Origin: a virus
Virus record (IMG/VR): IMGVR_UViG_3300029286_003689
Span: 1-64,000 of that record
Strand: one strand, 5' to 3'
Length of the DNA: 64,000 bases
The notes below the pieces were generated by a model that worked only from the letters and a program-made list of their open reading frames with translations, was not told the origin of the DNA and did no database searches. Shown piece by piece: positions 10,309 to 19,866 of the stretch (position 1 is the stretch's first letter; every line of letters starts with the position of its first letter). Made by a program: the position numbers and the translations under genes.

Positions 10309-10788
10309 CTATCTTCTCCTAAGAGTAAAATAATGAAACAGAATATTATCTATGCCATAAGGCTCAGGTGGTTCTATCTTGGCGCCACACATCTTGAGCC
10401 ATTTTATAGACTGCGTATTGCGAGTATCTACATAATTCTCCAGCGTCGGGTATACCTCAAGGAAGAGATCAATAAATTTTCTGCTTTCTTTTACTATAGC
10501 TTTACTGATTTTCTTAAATTCATCAGTTGCTAAAAGCCATACCGTCGCACTCTCAGCTAACAGCGTCGCAGGGACTATTCCAAACATAGCAATAACTTTA
10601 TCTTTGTATTCGATGCTTAAACACTTAACCGACATTTCAACAGATAAACGCAAAGCCGCTTCTGGAGTATGATGATGACTGGCCCATATCTCATCTATGT
10701 CTGATTGACGCAGGTTGTCCTTCATTGTTTCTACGTCCCCTGTCTTAGAATTTCTTACGATGATTCCGTTTTTATTGTAGTAATTCAT
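10309..10788 (-). CDS. T7 gp13-like GNAT-fold virion assembly protein
   Basis: LRQSDIDEI...NYVDTRNTQSIKWLKMCG motif; synteny. Confidence 0.7.
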   Translation of the reverse strand: MNYYNKNGIIVRNSKTGDVETMKDNLRQSDIDEIWASHHHTPEAALRLSVEMSVKCLSIEYKDKVIAMFGIVPATLLAESATVWLLATDEFKKISKAIVKESRKFIDLFLEVYPTLENYVDTRNTQSIKWLKMCGAKIEPPEPYGIDNILFHYFTLRRR

Positions 10789-13461
10789 TTAACCACCAAG
10801 AATTGTGACGGGAACGATTGATAAAATAGTAAAAGGAAATGGCGCTGTTTGTCTAAAAAACACCCTTCCGCTCTTCTTGTAACCACCTGGTATTGCCTGC
10901 TCGTGAAAACCAGAGAATAACTCTATCGGTTCACCTATTGCTTCACTGGTACGTCCTATCTTTATAGGGTCAAGGCTATTTTCAGATGATCCGATAAAAC
11001 CGCCTCTTGAATTAAGTAAATGCATTCTTAATCTTGCAACATTAGCAAGCTTTCCGTGAGTCGTTCCGACGTCAGTATTGATATCCCCATCTAAAGGTTC
11101 TACGTCGCATATATACGGCAGGCCCACATGAATAATTGAAGCTGGGTTAGATAACACTATCTCTCCGTCTTCAACCACCATTCCTTCTATCCAGTTTCCG
11201 TCAGCAACTACTGAAACGGTTTTGCCTTCAAGGTGGTCTAAATCAGGGACTGTCGTGATTGTTTTTCTAACCTCGCCGTCTTCTTCATAAGCCGTATACT
11301 CTGTGCCATCTATATCGCTATCGTCTTCCGGGTCAGTTAGTTCAAAGGCATTAGCAGAAGCGTTTGCAACCTTAAACCTTTTTCCGTTTAATTCAGTCAT
11401 ACCCTTTACTTCCAAGATGTCTACGAGGTCACCGTTTGCAAAACCATGCGCTTCTTCAGTGGTAATTACTACCGGACTGGCCTGAGTAGCTCCGGTTATT
11501 GTCATCGGATTATCGTAACTTATCCCGCAGTCTACGAAGAATTGCTTACGCGGATCCGTTGAGATCATCCGTTTAACCATCTTCTCAATAAATCTTTCTG
11601 TGCCGCGTTTTATAACCATCCAAACCTCATCATATCCAACAGTGGCATTAGGTATCGTCCAAATAGACTCTACCTGTCCGTCGGTATCATGCCAAGCCCA
11701 AGCAACTATTTCTTGCTCTCTAAGATAAGTCATAGACAATAACATGCCGTCATCCCTTACCAACCAAACCAAGCTATCAGGTTCTTTTTGGTAAGCCATA
11801 TCTATAATTCTGTGTCCTTCAAAGAGTTGATTTGAAAGCAAACTTAAAGGATCTCCTGTATAGCCGTCCGAGATATAATCGTATCCTAAATCCCAAACTA
11901 CTGTCCCCATGGGCTGAACGTATATAACCCTATTGCCTATCACTACCGGCAACACCTTTGAGCTACCGCGGCCTTCCTGAAGCTTTGGATAAACGGTTGT
12001 AGGGGTTAAGACTCCTTCCGATGATGAACCTATGCTCCATGCCCTTGAAGACGTAAAGGCAAGAATATCTCCTAATAAAATAAAGCTCTTTACGGCGTCC
12101 ATTTTTCGGCTGGGTAAACGTATACTTATGCCATCAGAATCAACCAGGGGGTCGCTTCTGCCAAAATTTATGTAATTATTTGTCCTTGTACTCCAAACCC
12201 CAAGAATTTCAGACTTCGTTGCACCAAAGACTAACCTGTCTTGCTCAAACATACAAGTAGCCGGATAACCTCTCTTTTCCGACCATGAACCCTCTGACCA
12301 AAACTCTGTTGCCGCGGTCGCTCCGACTTCCTTCAATACTTCCGCAGTTACCACTGTCGCGCTTGTAAATGCAGTTATTTTTACTATCCCGACCTGTGTA
12401 AAAGCATCTGTGCTCAAATCAACATTTATCGTCCCGCTTGTAAAAATAGTACATTTTACCCGGACAAGAACGGCATCGTCTTCATCAAAATCCCCGTAAG
12501 TATTGTGGTTGATGTCCCCATCGTAAGAAGTAAAACTCCTTACAGAAGACCAAGTTGTGCCACCGTCTATTGACTTCTCTATTTTAATAGTGCCTGTCCA
12601 GATTCCATGTGTAACAAGACGCCACGTGCCATTAGGCCCGCATTTTATTGAAGTAGTTTCTCCGACGGCAGTAAAGGCTTTTGAAACGAATTGACTTTCT
12701 ATATTATGCTCAAGTTTAAATAAGGCTCCTATGTGACCTACTTCAAATAATGCTTTACTTGCCGTAAGTGTAATTCCGCTACCTGTCACGGCGTTGGCGG
12801 TAAGAGTTAAATCCTCGTCTATGTTTTGCTGCATAAACGGGCCTTCTTCAAATGGATATAAGGCAATTCGCCAGCTATAATGAGAATATCTTGTAATAGT
12901 CCGGGGGCAAAAATCATTGTGGGTAACGTAGAGTACATCAGCCGATTGAGTGAATTGAAGGTCTTCCAGATCATCTTCAGCGTACGGTGTTTCTATTTCG
13001 TATATGTCTGAGGCTTCCCAATCAGTGACGTTGCCTGGAGGGGTTGCGTGGCCAGCGCCAGAGGTATGATTCGTCTTTGAACGATAAACAATACCGCCTA
13101 CCTTAACAAAATCTCCTATGTAGTAAACTGTGGCTGTTACCCATGCCGCTGTTGTCGTCGGGGCTATGAGCTGTCCGTCATTCATGTAAAATCGGCAATA
13201 ATACTCTCCGAATTCTATTGAATATACCTGATCAGCAGAAAATTCAAATCCTACTCCCCGGCATTTCTTATCGCTGTATTTTGGCTTCTTGATGAAATAG
13301 AGACCTGGTCTATTAGAGGCACCGCCATGGGGATGAGGAAAGGTGTTGCGTAGCCTGCGGCATCCTGAACCATAACGCTGCAGGTCTATGCGTGACCATA
13401 GGCTTGGAGCAAACTCTCCTCCGGTAAAAGCCGGCTTTAGTACTTCTATTTTCTGCGCCAT
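10789..13461 (-). CDS. Tail tubular protein B (nozzle, gp12-like)
   Basis: FTGGEFAP start, QSADVLY, AWAWHDT motifs; 890 aa. Confidence 0.85.
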   Translation of the reverse strand: MAQKIEVLKPAFTGGEFAPSLWSRIDLQRYGSGCRRLRNTFPHPHGGASNRPGLYFIKKPKYSDKKCRGVGFEFSADQVYSIEFGEYYCRFYMNDGQLIAPTTTAAWVTATVYYIGDFVKVGGIVYRSKTNHTSGAGHATPPGNVTDWEASDIYEIETPYAEDDLEDLQFTQSADVLYVTHNDFCPRTITRYSHYSWRIALYPFEEGPFMQQNIDEDLTLTANAVTGSGITLTASKALFEVGHIGALFKLEHNIESQFVSKAFTAVGETTSIKCGPNGTWRLVTHGIWTGTIKIEKSIDGGTTWSSVRSFTSYDGDINHNTYGDFDEDDAVLVRVKCTIFTSGTINVDLSTDAFTQVGIVKITAFTSATVVTAEVLKEVGATAATEFWSEGSWSEKRGYPATCMFEQDRLVFGATKSEILGVWSTRTNNYINFGRSDPLVDSDGISIRLPSRKMDAVKSFILLGDILAFTSSRAWSIGSSSEGVLTPTTVYPKLQEGRGSSKVLPVVIGNRVIYVQPMGTVVWDLGYDYISDGYTGDPLSLLSNQLFEGHRIIDMAYQKEPDSLVWLVRDDGMLLSMTYLREQEIVAWAWHDTDGQVESIWTIPNATVGYDEVWMVIKRGTERFIEKMVKRMISTDPRKQFFVDCGISYDNPMTITGATQASPVVITTEEAHGFANGDLVDILEVKGMTELNGKRFKVANASANAFELTDPEDDSDIDGTEYTAYEEDGEVRKTITTVPDLDHLEGKTVSVVADGNWIEGMVVEDGEIVLSNPASIIHVGLPYICDVEPLDGDINTDVGTTHGKLANVARLRMHLLNSRGGFIGSSENSLDPIKIGRTSEAIGEPIELFSGFHEQAIPGGYKKSGRVFFRQTAPFPFTILSIVPVTILGG

Positions 13462-13462
13462 A

Positions 13463-13747
13463 TTAGCTTAAAAGAGTACTTTCTCCGTCTTTAGTTTTTT
13501 TCTTGTCTTTCCCTACTATCTCGCCTTCTTTTAACTCAAAGGTGACTATCTTGCGCCATTCATTGTCTTCATAGCCGCATATCCTGGCCTTTATCTTGAT
13601 CTCTACTTCATCGTCGCGTTTAACGTCTTTGCCTTCGATAAAAGACAACGGTAAATCTACTTTCGGAAAAGTTTCCTTCGGGAAATCCGCTTCTGATGCA
13701 GGGTGGTCAATAAACTTATTATCTCTTTTTGTTCCTAAGCTTTTCAT
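13463..13747 (-). CDS. Hypothetical virion-module protein
   Basis: ORF tightly packed in the structural operon. Confidence 0.5.
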   Translation of the reverse strand: MKSLGTKRDNKFIDHPASEADFPKETFPKVDLPLSFIEGKDVKRDDEVEIKIKARICGYEDNEWRKIVTFELKEGEIVGKDKKKTKDGESTLLS

Positions 13748-13756
13748 GGCTATCTC

Positions 13757-14362
13757 CTATCTTGAGTCCTCAAACGATGAGGTTTGTTTCTGTTTTACAT
13801 TACTCTCTCCGTCATTTATCCTGGCGGCATCACTTACCATTGACAAATATATACTAAGCAGGGTTTTCATCTTATCCTGATCTCCTGTTAGTGGGATTGC
13901 TGCATGAGTGGCTACAAGAAAAGATAATGCCATGGCAGCTGAGACATCAAATTTTGAAACATCGGTTACTTGATAGGTAAATTCTATGTAGGCTTCTTCA
14001 GAATTGCAGGCAATAACTTCTTGATTTAATTCGGGTATAAATACTTTCTCATGCTCAATAGGTTTTGGGTCAGGATCACCTGTATCAAGAAACACCTTTC
14101 TAACACACAGGCATTTTGCGGGAATAGCATAAACGTAACTCCAACCCGGAATCTCTTGGTCATCCAATTCAACAAGAAGTTCCTTTACCTTGGCAAAACC
14201 CCAATTCTTAGCTCTAAGAACATTATCCCGGCAGAATGGAAAAATACGATTAAGAGTCCTAACTTTTTTATCTGTAATATCTTCTAAAGAATCAAGCGGG
14301 TCTTCGTTTAGGTGCCCGAGAGCTATGTTGCTAATTACTAAATCATCTACTGTCTTTGGCAT
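13757..14362 (-). CDS. Tail tubular protein A (adaptor, gp11-like)
   Basis: ISNIALGHL...W.FA...YAIPAKCL motifs. Confidence 0.85.
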   Translation of the reverse strand: MPKTVDDLVISNIALGHLNEDPLDSLEDITDKKVRTLNRIFPFCRDNVLRAKNWGFAKVKELLVELDDQEIPGWSYVYAIPAKCLCVRKVFLDTGDPDPKPIEHEKVFIPELNQEVIACNSEEAYIEFTYQVTDVSKFDVSAAMALSFLVATHAAIPLTGDQDKMKTLLSIYLSMVSDAARINDGESNVKQKQTSSFEDSR

Positions 14363-14381
14363 TTTTACCCTCGAAAATTAA

Positions 14382-14405
14382 GGGGGCTACCAAAAAGTAG
14401 CCCCC
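14382..14405. terminator. GC-rich hairpin (GGGGGCTAC-N6-GTAGCCCCC), probable terminator
   Basis: Perfect 9-bp inverted repeat after the 114-aa ORF. Confidence 0.55.
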
Positions 14406-14411
14406 GTTAAT

Positions 14412-14756
14412 CTATTTTTTCTGTCTCTCTTTAGCCTTTTTGACAATAGCCCTTATCTTCTGCTGGCTTATGTCTTTCGCCAATACTTCCAGTAACTCAT
14501 CGTTATTCAACACTTCCGCGTCTTTAATACCGCGGCTCTTGGCTTCATCAACCAATTCTAAACGCGCGGCTTCCGCAGCGTTTGCCGGCTCCTGTTGGCC
14601 AGAAGCTTCTTTTGCCGGGGCCGCCAGATGCTTCTCATCTAAAAGCTTAAAATGCTTTGGCGGATTCTCTTTAGGATCAGCCTCAACTATCTGGCCTTTC
14701 TCATAAAAAGAATTCCGGAACCCGTAACAATCTTTCAAAACCTCATATTTTGCCAC
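14412..14756 (-). CDS. Hypothetical head-module protein
   Basis: GTG start with AGGAGG RBS. Confidence 0.6.
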   Translation of the reverse strand: MAKYEVLKDCYGFRNSFYEKGQIVEADPKENPPKHFKLLDEKHLAAPAKEASGQQEPANAAEAARLELVDEAKSRGIKDAEVLNNDELLEVLAKDISQQKIRAIVKKAKERQKK

Positions 14757-14801
14757 AGCTACCTCCTTTTTTTACCCTCGAAAATTAAGGGATTTTATTT
14801 A

Positions 14802-14945
14802 TCAGGTTTGAACTGCTGTCCTTGAAACTTCATACCAGTGAGAACCATTAGAAACAAAGGTGACTACGTAATACTTTCCTGCAGATGTCCCCAGTGTTAA
14901 TGTCCCTACTGAACTCACTAAGGTTGCATGAAAAGTAATAACCTC
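14802..14945 (-). pseudogene. Start-less 47-aa C-terminal gene remnant (EVITFHATLVSSVGTLTLGTSAGKYYVVTFVSNGSHWYEVSRTAVQT)
   Basis: Protein-like beta-rich frame fused directly onto an AAGGAGG RBS; in-frame stop 5 codons upstream. Confidence 0.55.
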
Positions 14946-15005
14946 CTTTATAGCGGATTAGCCCGGAAGGTTTTTAAGGCTTCCGGGCCATCCTGCTTGG
15001 TTTGC

Positions 15006-15407
15006 TTAGGCTATATTAACGTCCGGTGTTAAGAACGCATCTATCGTACCGCCGGTGAAAGCATGGTTTCCTTCGGTAAAATACAACCTTAAGAATCTCT
15101 TAAGGCCCGGAGGAAGCTTAATCTTCCAGACGATGGTATTAGCCGCTAATTCGGCCTCAGTGAGGTCTTTCTCGGCTAAGTTAACCGCGGCAACGTTAAA
15201 GGCTTCGGCGGAATCGGTCTGAATAGCAATATTCAGCGTTCCGTCATCTTCAGCGGTTGCTCCGGCTGTCCCTACCCTCACAACCAGGTAGAGTTCTTCT
15301 CCTACTGCGTCACCGGCTTTGCTTAAGTCAATGACGTTGGTACTGGCGCCGGTAAAACTCGTCATTAACTGGCCTTCTGCTAAGATCAAATGCGCGTCTT
15401 TAATCAT
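15006..15407 (-). CDS. Capsid cement/decoration protein (Bbp16-like)
   Basis: MIKD...STNVIDL...RFLRL motif directly after the MCP. Confidence 0.8.
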   Translation of the reverse strand: MIKDAHLILAEGQLMTSFTGASTNVIDLSKAGDAVGEELYLVVRVGTAGATAEDDGTLNIAIQTDSAEAFNVAAVNLAEKDLTEAELAANTIVWKIKLPPGLKRFLRLYFTEGNHAFTGGTIDAFLTPDVNIA

Positions 15408-15475
15408 GATATTTCTCCTTTTTTTAACGTTGTTAACGTTCGCTTTTATGCTACTTATTTATTTGCAACCTACTT

Positions 15476-16498
15476 TTACGCTGTGACTATTGACTCAGAA
15501 TTCAGGATCTTATCGCAACGGCGAATAGGTATACCCATGAACGTGGTCAGGGATTTACCATTCTCAAGCTCGCGGATAGTCAAATTCACATTGCTCTTGT
15601 TGTACGCTTTGATATCCAGAGCGGTCTTAACTTCTTTGTTGCAATACCACGCTGCGCGGCCAGAAGCTAAGCTCGGAACTTTATTCATCGCCTGAATCAT
15701 GAACTTAATCAGGTTAGCTGAACCGTCAACTTGATCACCGGCTTGCGCTAAGAGAGAAATATCCAGGTTGGCGATACGAACGGCGAATCTCCAGTCTCTC
15801 ACGCAAAGACCTAAGTCCTGGTAGAACTGGTCAACGAAAGCCAGATACTGCCCTGCAGGAGTCTGGTCATCGTTTACAAGCTGTTTACCCAAGTCGTTAT
15901 GGGTAATGCCTGCCTTGGTTGCGCGGGGATAAAACGCGTGGATGGTATTCTCTCCCCAGATTACTAACCACATAGACGTAACATCGGTCTGGCCAGCTAT
16001 GGCTCCGCCGTCTATTACGTTCTCGGAAGAAGCTACGGCTGCGGCGAGAGACGAGTAATACGGAGATAAACCTGTAAACCTCTCCGGATTGGTCTCTACA
16101 TTGCCGTAGAAGAGCGTAGTGGCCATTTCTTGAGACAATGCCTCAATGAATGGCGCGTTTTCGGAAATTCTGAAAGCCGCCTTGTCAACCGCGATATTGA
16201 CAAGCAATTCATCAATTTTACCCATGCCTTCAAGGTGCCCTGCGGTAAAAAGCTGCTGCCTTGTCTGGGATTTAGAGGGCTGAACGCCTCGGTTAATCTG
16301 TCTCCACGCAACGGTAGGAAGGCCCGTACGTATTGTGGATTTGTGCCCGGTGGTCGTGTTACCTTCAATGAACACGAGATCGGAAAGTATCTCGTTCTTT
16401 TCGTTCATCATTTCTGAAATACGTGCTATCTTTCCGTTCGGGTCAAGCCTTCTGGCATGATCCATTAGTGTTAAATTCGTATTGCCGATAGTACTCAT
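15476..16498 (-). CDS. Major capsid protein (BPP-1 Bbp17-like)
   Basis: RTGLP..WR..N.GV, DWRFAVRIANLD, FMGIPIRRCD motifs. Confidence 0.9.
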   Translation of the reverse strand: MSTIGNTNLTLMDHARRLDPNGKIARISEMMNEKNEILSDLVFIEGNTTTGHKSTIRTGLPTVAWRQINRGVQPSKSQTRQQLFTAGHLEGMGKIDELLVNIAVDKAAFRISENAPFIEALSQEMATTLFYGNVETNPERFTGLSPYYSSLAAAVASSENVIDGGAIAGQTDVTSMWLVIWGENTIHAFYPRATKAGITHNDLGKQLVNDDQTPAGQYLAFVDQFYQDLGLCVRDWRFAVRIANLDISLLAQAGDQVDGSANLIKFMIQAMNKVPSLASGRAAWYCNKEVKTALDIKAYNKSNVNLTIRELENGKSLTTFMGIPIRRCDKILNSESIVTA

Positions 16499-16521
16499 GG
16501 GTTCTTTCCTTTCTTTTTAGG

Positions 16522-17343
16522 CTACTTCATTGAGTCGCCGTAGAATAAGGCGCCGTCTGATTTTTCGCCTGTTTTGTTTTTACCATCTATAAGTTTATCT
16601 TCGCTTATGGCTTTCCCTACTTTCAGGAAGAAGTTAACCATCTCTTTCTGGTTGCCTACTCCTGTTTGATTCAGAAACTTGCGCAAATCTGGAGTACCAA
16701 AACGCTCAATCGCCTTACTGGCAAAAATAAGCTCTTTTTGATAATCCACAATACCGGCTTCTTTCAGGGTAGCAATAGTTGCTTCTTTCCATTCCTTTTT
16801 GGTTTGGTTAAATGTTTCAACTAAACCATCTTGAAAGGATTGAATATGCTTTACCTGAAGGTCAATTAACCTCTGGGCCTTTTCTTGAGAGAGGTCTAAT
16901 TCCTTAGCCACTGTCTTGAATTCCTCAAGCATCGGCTGGTTAACCTTCATCCCATCAGGCACTGTGAAATCGGTATAGGCTTCGGGTGCGCCTTTACCTG
17001 ACGCTAATTTCTTTGCATCTTCTTTAGCCTTTAGAAGCGCCGCCTGCTTAACCTGATCTTCCGCGGAGAGCTGGTCTTTAGGGGTATCAAGAAGGCGTTT
17101 CTCTTCTTTAGCCGTCTCAAGTTCAGTCCTCTTGGCTTTCTCAGCATCATTCAGGGTTGTCGGATCTGCTTCTAATATTCGCTTCTCTTCTGCTACTTGA
17201 GCTTCCTTTTCAGCGGTTATTTCTTCTGCTGTCTTTGCCGCAGCCGGAGCTGCGCCAGAGGCCTCAGCCTTATTCTCGCCCCCAAGTAAACTCTCTTCTT
17301 CTTTGATCTCATCTGCTGGTGCTACTGCTGTTGGTTCTGGCAT
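16522..17343 (-). CDS. Capsid scaffolding protein
   Basis: Acidic N-terminus, APEAYTDF..P, LSQEKAQ, GKAISED motifs; upstream of MCP. Confidence 0.75.
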   Translation of the reverse strand: MPEPTAVAPADEIKEEESLLGGENKAEASGAAPAAAKTAEEITAEKEAQVAEEKRILEADPTTLNDAEKAKRTELETAKEEKRLLDTPKDQLSAEDQVKQAALLKAKEDAKKLASGKGAPEAYTDFTVPDGMKVNQPMLEEFKTVAKELDLSQEKAQRLIDLQVKHIQSFQDGLVETFNQTKKEWKEATIATLKEAGIVDYQKELIFASKAIERFGTPDLRKFLNQTGVGNQKEMVNFFLKVGKAISEDKLIDGKNKTGEKSDGALFYGDSMK

Positions 17344-17386
17344 TTCTCTCTCCTTTGTTTGCTCCTGCCGGGGATATACGAATCAG

Positions 17387-17704
17387 TTAAATATCGTCTG
17401 TCTCCGGAGGAATTTCTTTTTTAAGACTTTCTTGTTCTGATTTATATTCGTTCTGCATTTGCAGAAAAGCTTCTGGGGTTATATCAGCCCAGAAGAGTTG
17501 ACCTATAGATTGTTTTCCACAATTAAAATCTGTTTTGTTGTCGCCGGCAAAAGGGTTACGTAACACGCCGGATACACTCAACAAACGCCACATTAACCGT
17601 CTACCTTCAGCTAAACGCAAGACCCGGACAATATCACTAAGCTCGCGTTCCCTGAGCCTCTTGTCTCGTTCAGCTATTTTTTTACCTCTCTCTTCAGCGT
17701 TCAT
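17387..17704 (-). CDS. Bbp19-like head protein
   Basis: EGRRLMWRLL...FNCGKQSIG motif between portal and scaffold. Confidence 0.7.
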   Translation of the reverse strand: MNAEERGKKIAERDKRLRERELSDIVRVLRLAEGRRLMWRLLSVSGVLRNPFAGDNKTDFNCGKQSIGQLFWADITPEAFLQMQNEYKSEQESLKKEIPPETDDI

Positions 17705-19446
17705 TATTTCTTACCCTCTTGAACCTTTTGAGGAACGTCTTTGCCGGTTAAAGCTTTTATCACTGCATCAAGAGCAGTTCCCTCTCCCACTTTTGCTTGA
17801 GAAAGAGTCTTGGCGCCTTCAGCTGCTTGCATGCCTGACTGCATCTGTTGCTGCTTTAGAAGAGCTTCTTGTTTAGCCTTACGCATAGCAGCCACAATTT
17901 CAGCACTCCGTACAAGCCTTGCTGGAACACCCTTCATTTCGCTAAATGTCTCTATAATTTCATCAATATCAATCTTGTCTTCTGGCCCAGATTCCGGGAA
18001 TACCTTTCTTAACTCACCTACGAATTGACACAACTCTTGGATAGCCTGCGTCCCTATAGCCTTTTGAGCTTGCGAAAGTACTGAGATAAAATCGATCTTA
18101 ATATCCTGACCTTGTAGTTCTTCGGGAATCTCTGGAATCATGCCAAGAGCGAGCATTATTAAAAATGTTCTGCTTATCAATAAATCAAGGAAGTCTTCAA
18201 TTACGTCAAGCACCGGGCCGAGCATCATTAGCTTCTCTTCATACTTCTTTGCTATCTCTTCGGCGGTTACCTGTCTGCGATCAGACTGAAGAAGCATGAG
18301 AAATAAATCGGTATAGAAAGCCCTGCTTACTGAAGCGCGCGTATTCTCAATACTCTTGTCTACATCTGCAAGGCTAATCTGGACTTGATACGCAGGTCTT
18401 ACACCGGCGTCCGGAAGGTTAGAAGAGGATGTGGTTATTCCGCCAGGAGCAGTGTTTACCTCTCCTGAAACATTAGCGTCTTTTTGCAGTGGGGGCTTTA
18501 ACTGTAAGTCAAGAGCAAGATACCTGTCTTTCTGTAGCTTCTGAAGGCCTTTAGAAGCACCTAAAGCAAGCCAGCCCGGAGCACCCTTGCCATAAATATC
18601 CGCTGAAGTAGTAACTCCCCAGACAGCAGTCAAAACAGGGAAATCGTTATAACCACCTATGCGTAAGAAAGTATCTGCTGGGGATCCTGACTCCCATTGA
18701 ATTGACCGGTATTTCATATTCTGGAAATCTGCCTTATCCGGCACCCGGTCATCATTTTCTTCAATAAGATGGATTACTTTAATCCATTGACCTAATTCAG
18801 CCGCCCTCTTTGATTCATAGGATTTCTTTACGGTATCGCTTACGTTGTCTTTGCCAAACTCCTTAACGAGTTGGTCAACGGTCATCCAGAATTCACGCGC
18901 GAATCCGTTAACTCTTCCATCTGGGCCAACGCTTAAGAAATATTCGCCTGCGGTAAAATTCCTGGCTCTAACAACAGAATCAAAATCTTCCCCGATATAC
19001 ATTGCCGCTGTCCCAAAGCTTCCCAACTCTTCAAAGAACGAAGTCAATGCCCCGTAGATATTTGAGCGCTGGAAAACATTACGCATACGCTCTTCCACGG
19101 TATCAAGCCACAGTTTAACGTTTTGATTATCCATTAAGTCTTGGTCAGATACTCCAAGCTTAAACCAAGGCCTGACCTGAGAAGTCATACCGCTTGAGAT
19201 ACCAGAGCCAAGAGTCCTGCTACAATATTGAGGGTGCTCGTCAAGAAGCGTCTTATGATCTATAGCCTTTCCGTCATTAGGCTGATCATCAAAAAAGCCC
19301 CGTGTGGGGGCCTCATAGAGTTTGATATCTTTATACGTCGGCCAATACCGTTGACCTTCGCTCTTCATTGCGCTAACGCGCTGCTCAAACATTGCCCTGA
19401 GCAATCCTATACCAACCTTCTTTTTTTCTACTACTGCTTCAGGCAT
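17704..19446 (-). CDS. Portal (head-tail connector)
   Basis: RPWFKL, FGTA, TAEEI...LGPV motifs; 580 aa. Confidence 0.9.
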   Translation of the reverse strand: MPEAVVEKKKVGIGLLRAMFEQRVSAMKSEGQRYWPTYKDIKLYEAPTRGFFDDQPNDGKAIDHKTLLDEHPQYCSRTLGSGISSGMTSQVRPWFKLGVSDQDLMDNQNVKLWLDTVEERMRNVFQRSNIYGALTSFFEELGSFGTAAMYIGEDFDSVVRARNFTAGEYFLSVGPDGRVNGFAREFWMTVDQLVKEFGKDNVSDTVKKSYESKRAAELGQWIKVIHLIEENDDRVPDKADFQNMKYRSIQWESGSPADTFLRIGGYNDFPVLTAVWGVTTSADIYGKGAPGWLALGASKGLQKLQKDRYLALDLQLKPPLQKDANVSGEVNTAPGGITTSSSNLPDAGVRPAYQVQISLADVDKSIENTRASVSRAFYTDLFLMLLQSDRRQVTAEEIAKKYEEKLMMLGPVLDVIEDFLDLLISRTFLIMLALGMIPEIPEELQGQDIKIDFISVLSQAQKAIGTQAIQELCQFVGELRKVFPESGPEDKIDIDEIIETFSEMKGVPARLVRSAEIVAAMRKAKQEALLKQQQMQSGMQAAEGAKTLSQAKVGEGTALDAVIKALTGKDVPQKVQEGKK

Positions 19447-19448
19447 AT

Positions 19449-19697
19449 TTATCCTAACTTAGTTTTCTGGCCGCCTAAAATGGCAGGCATAAGAAGATTA
19501 ACTCCTGATGTATCACCGGAGTCCGATGTCTTAACTGTGCTACTTATACCGTATTTAACAGCTGCGACTTGCCGTCTTTTCTTTTCTGCAAGATTAGAAG
19601 AAGTAACATCTGTGGAAGATTTTATTGCCGTTGAAGGAGGAGGTGTCGCTGTTTTAGATGTTGTGGTGCTTGGAGTATCTCCGCCACCGAAACACAT
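19449..19697 (-). CDS. Small pre-portal virion protein
   Basis: MCFGGG start, KTKLG end, typical of podovirus pre-portal gene. Confidence 0.65.
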   Translation of the reverse strand: MCFGGGDTPSTTTSKTATPPPSTAIKSSTDVTSSNLAEKKRRQVAAVKYGISSTVKTSDSGDTSGVNLLMPAILGGQKTKLG

Positions 19698-19721
19698 ATT
19701 TCACTCCTTTGTTTGAGAGTT

Positions 19722-19865
19722 AAAAAAATAGGGCTGTCCCCGCTCGTCGACGAGAACAGCCCAAAAAAATAACCAACCTGCTGTGCACAGATTGGTTAAA
19801 ATGATTTGTGAGGCGCTACCTCACGCGTAATTATTTTATATCATCTACTTGTCATTTTGTCAAGT
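19722..19865 (-). promoter_or_regulatory. Head-operon promoter (TTGACA-17-TATAAA) followed by three hairpins, two with U-tracts
   Basis: -35 at 19858-19863, -10 at 19835-19840; hairpins at 19808-19824, 19771-19797 and 19731-19762. Confidence 0.65.
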
Positions 19866-19866
19866 C

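Larger units (their letters stand above)
14362..14791. repeat. 23-bp exact direct repeat (14362-14384 and 14769-14791)
   Basis: TTTTTACCCTCGAAAATTAAGGG occurs twice, each copy just upstream of a minus-strand gene. Confidence 0.85.
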
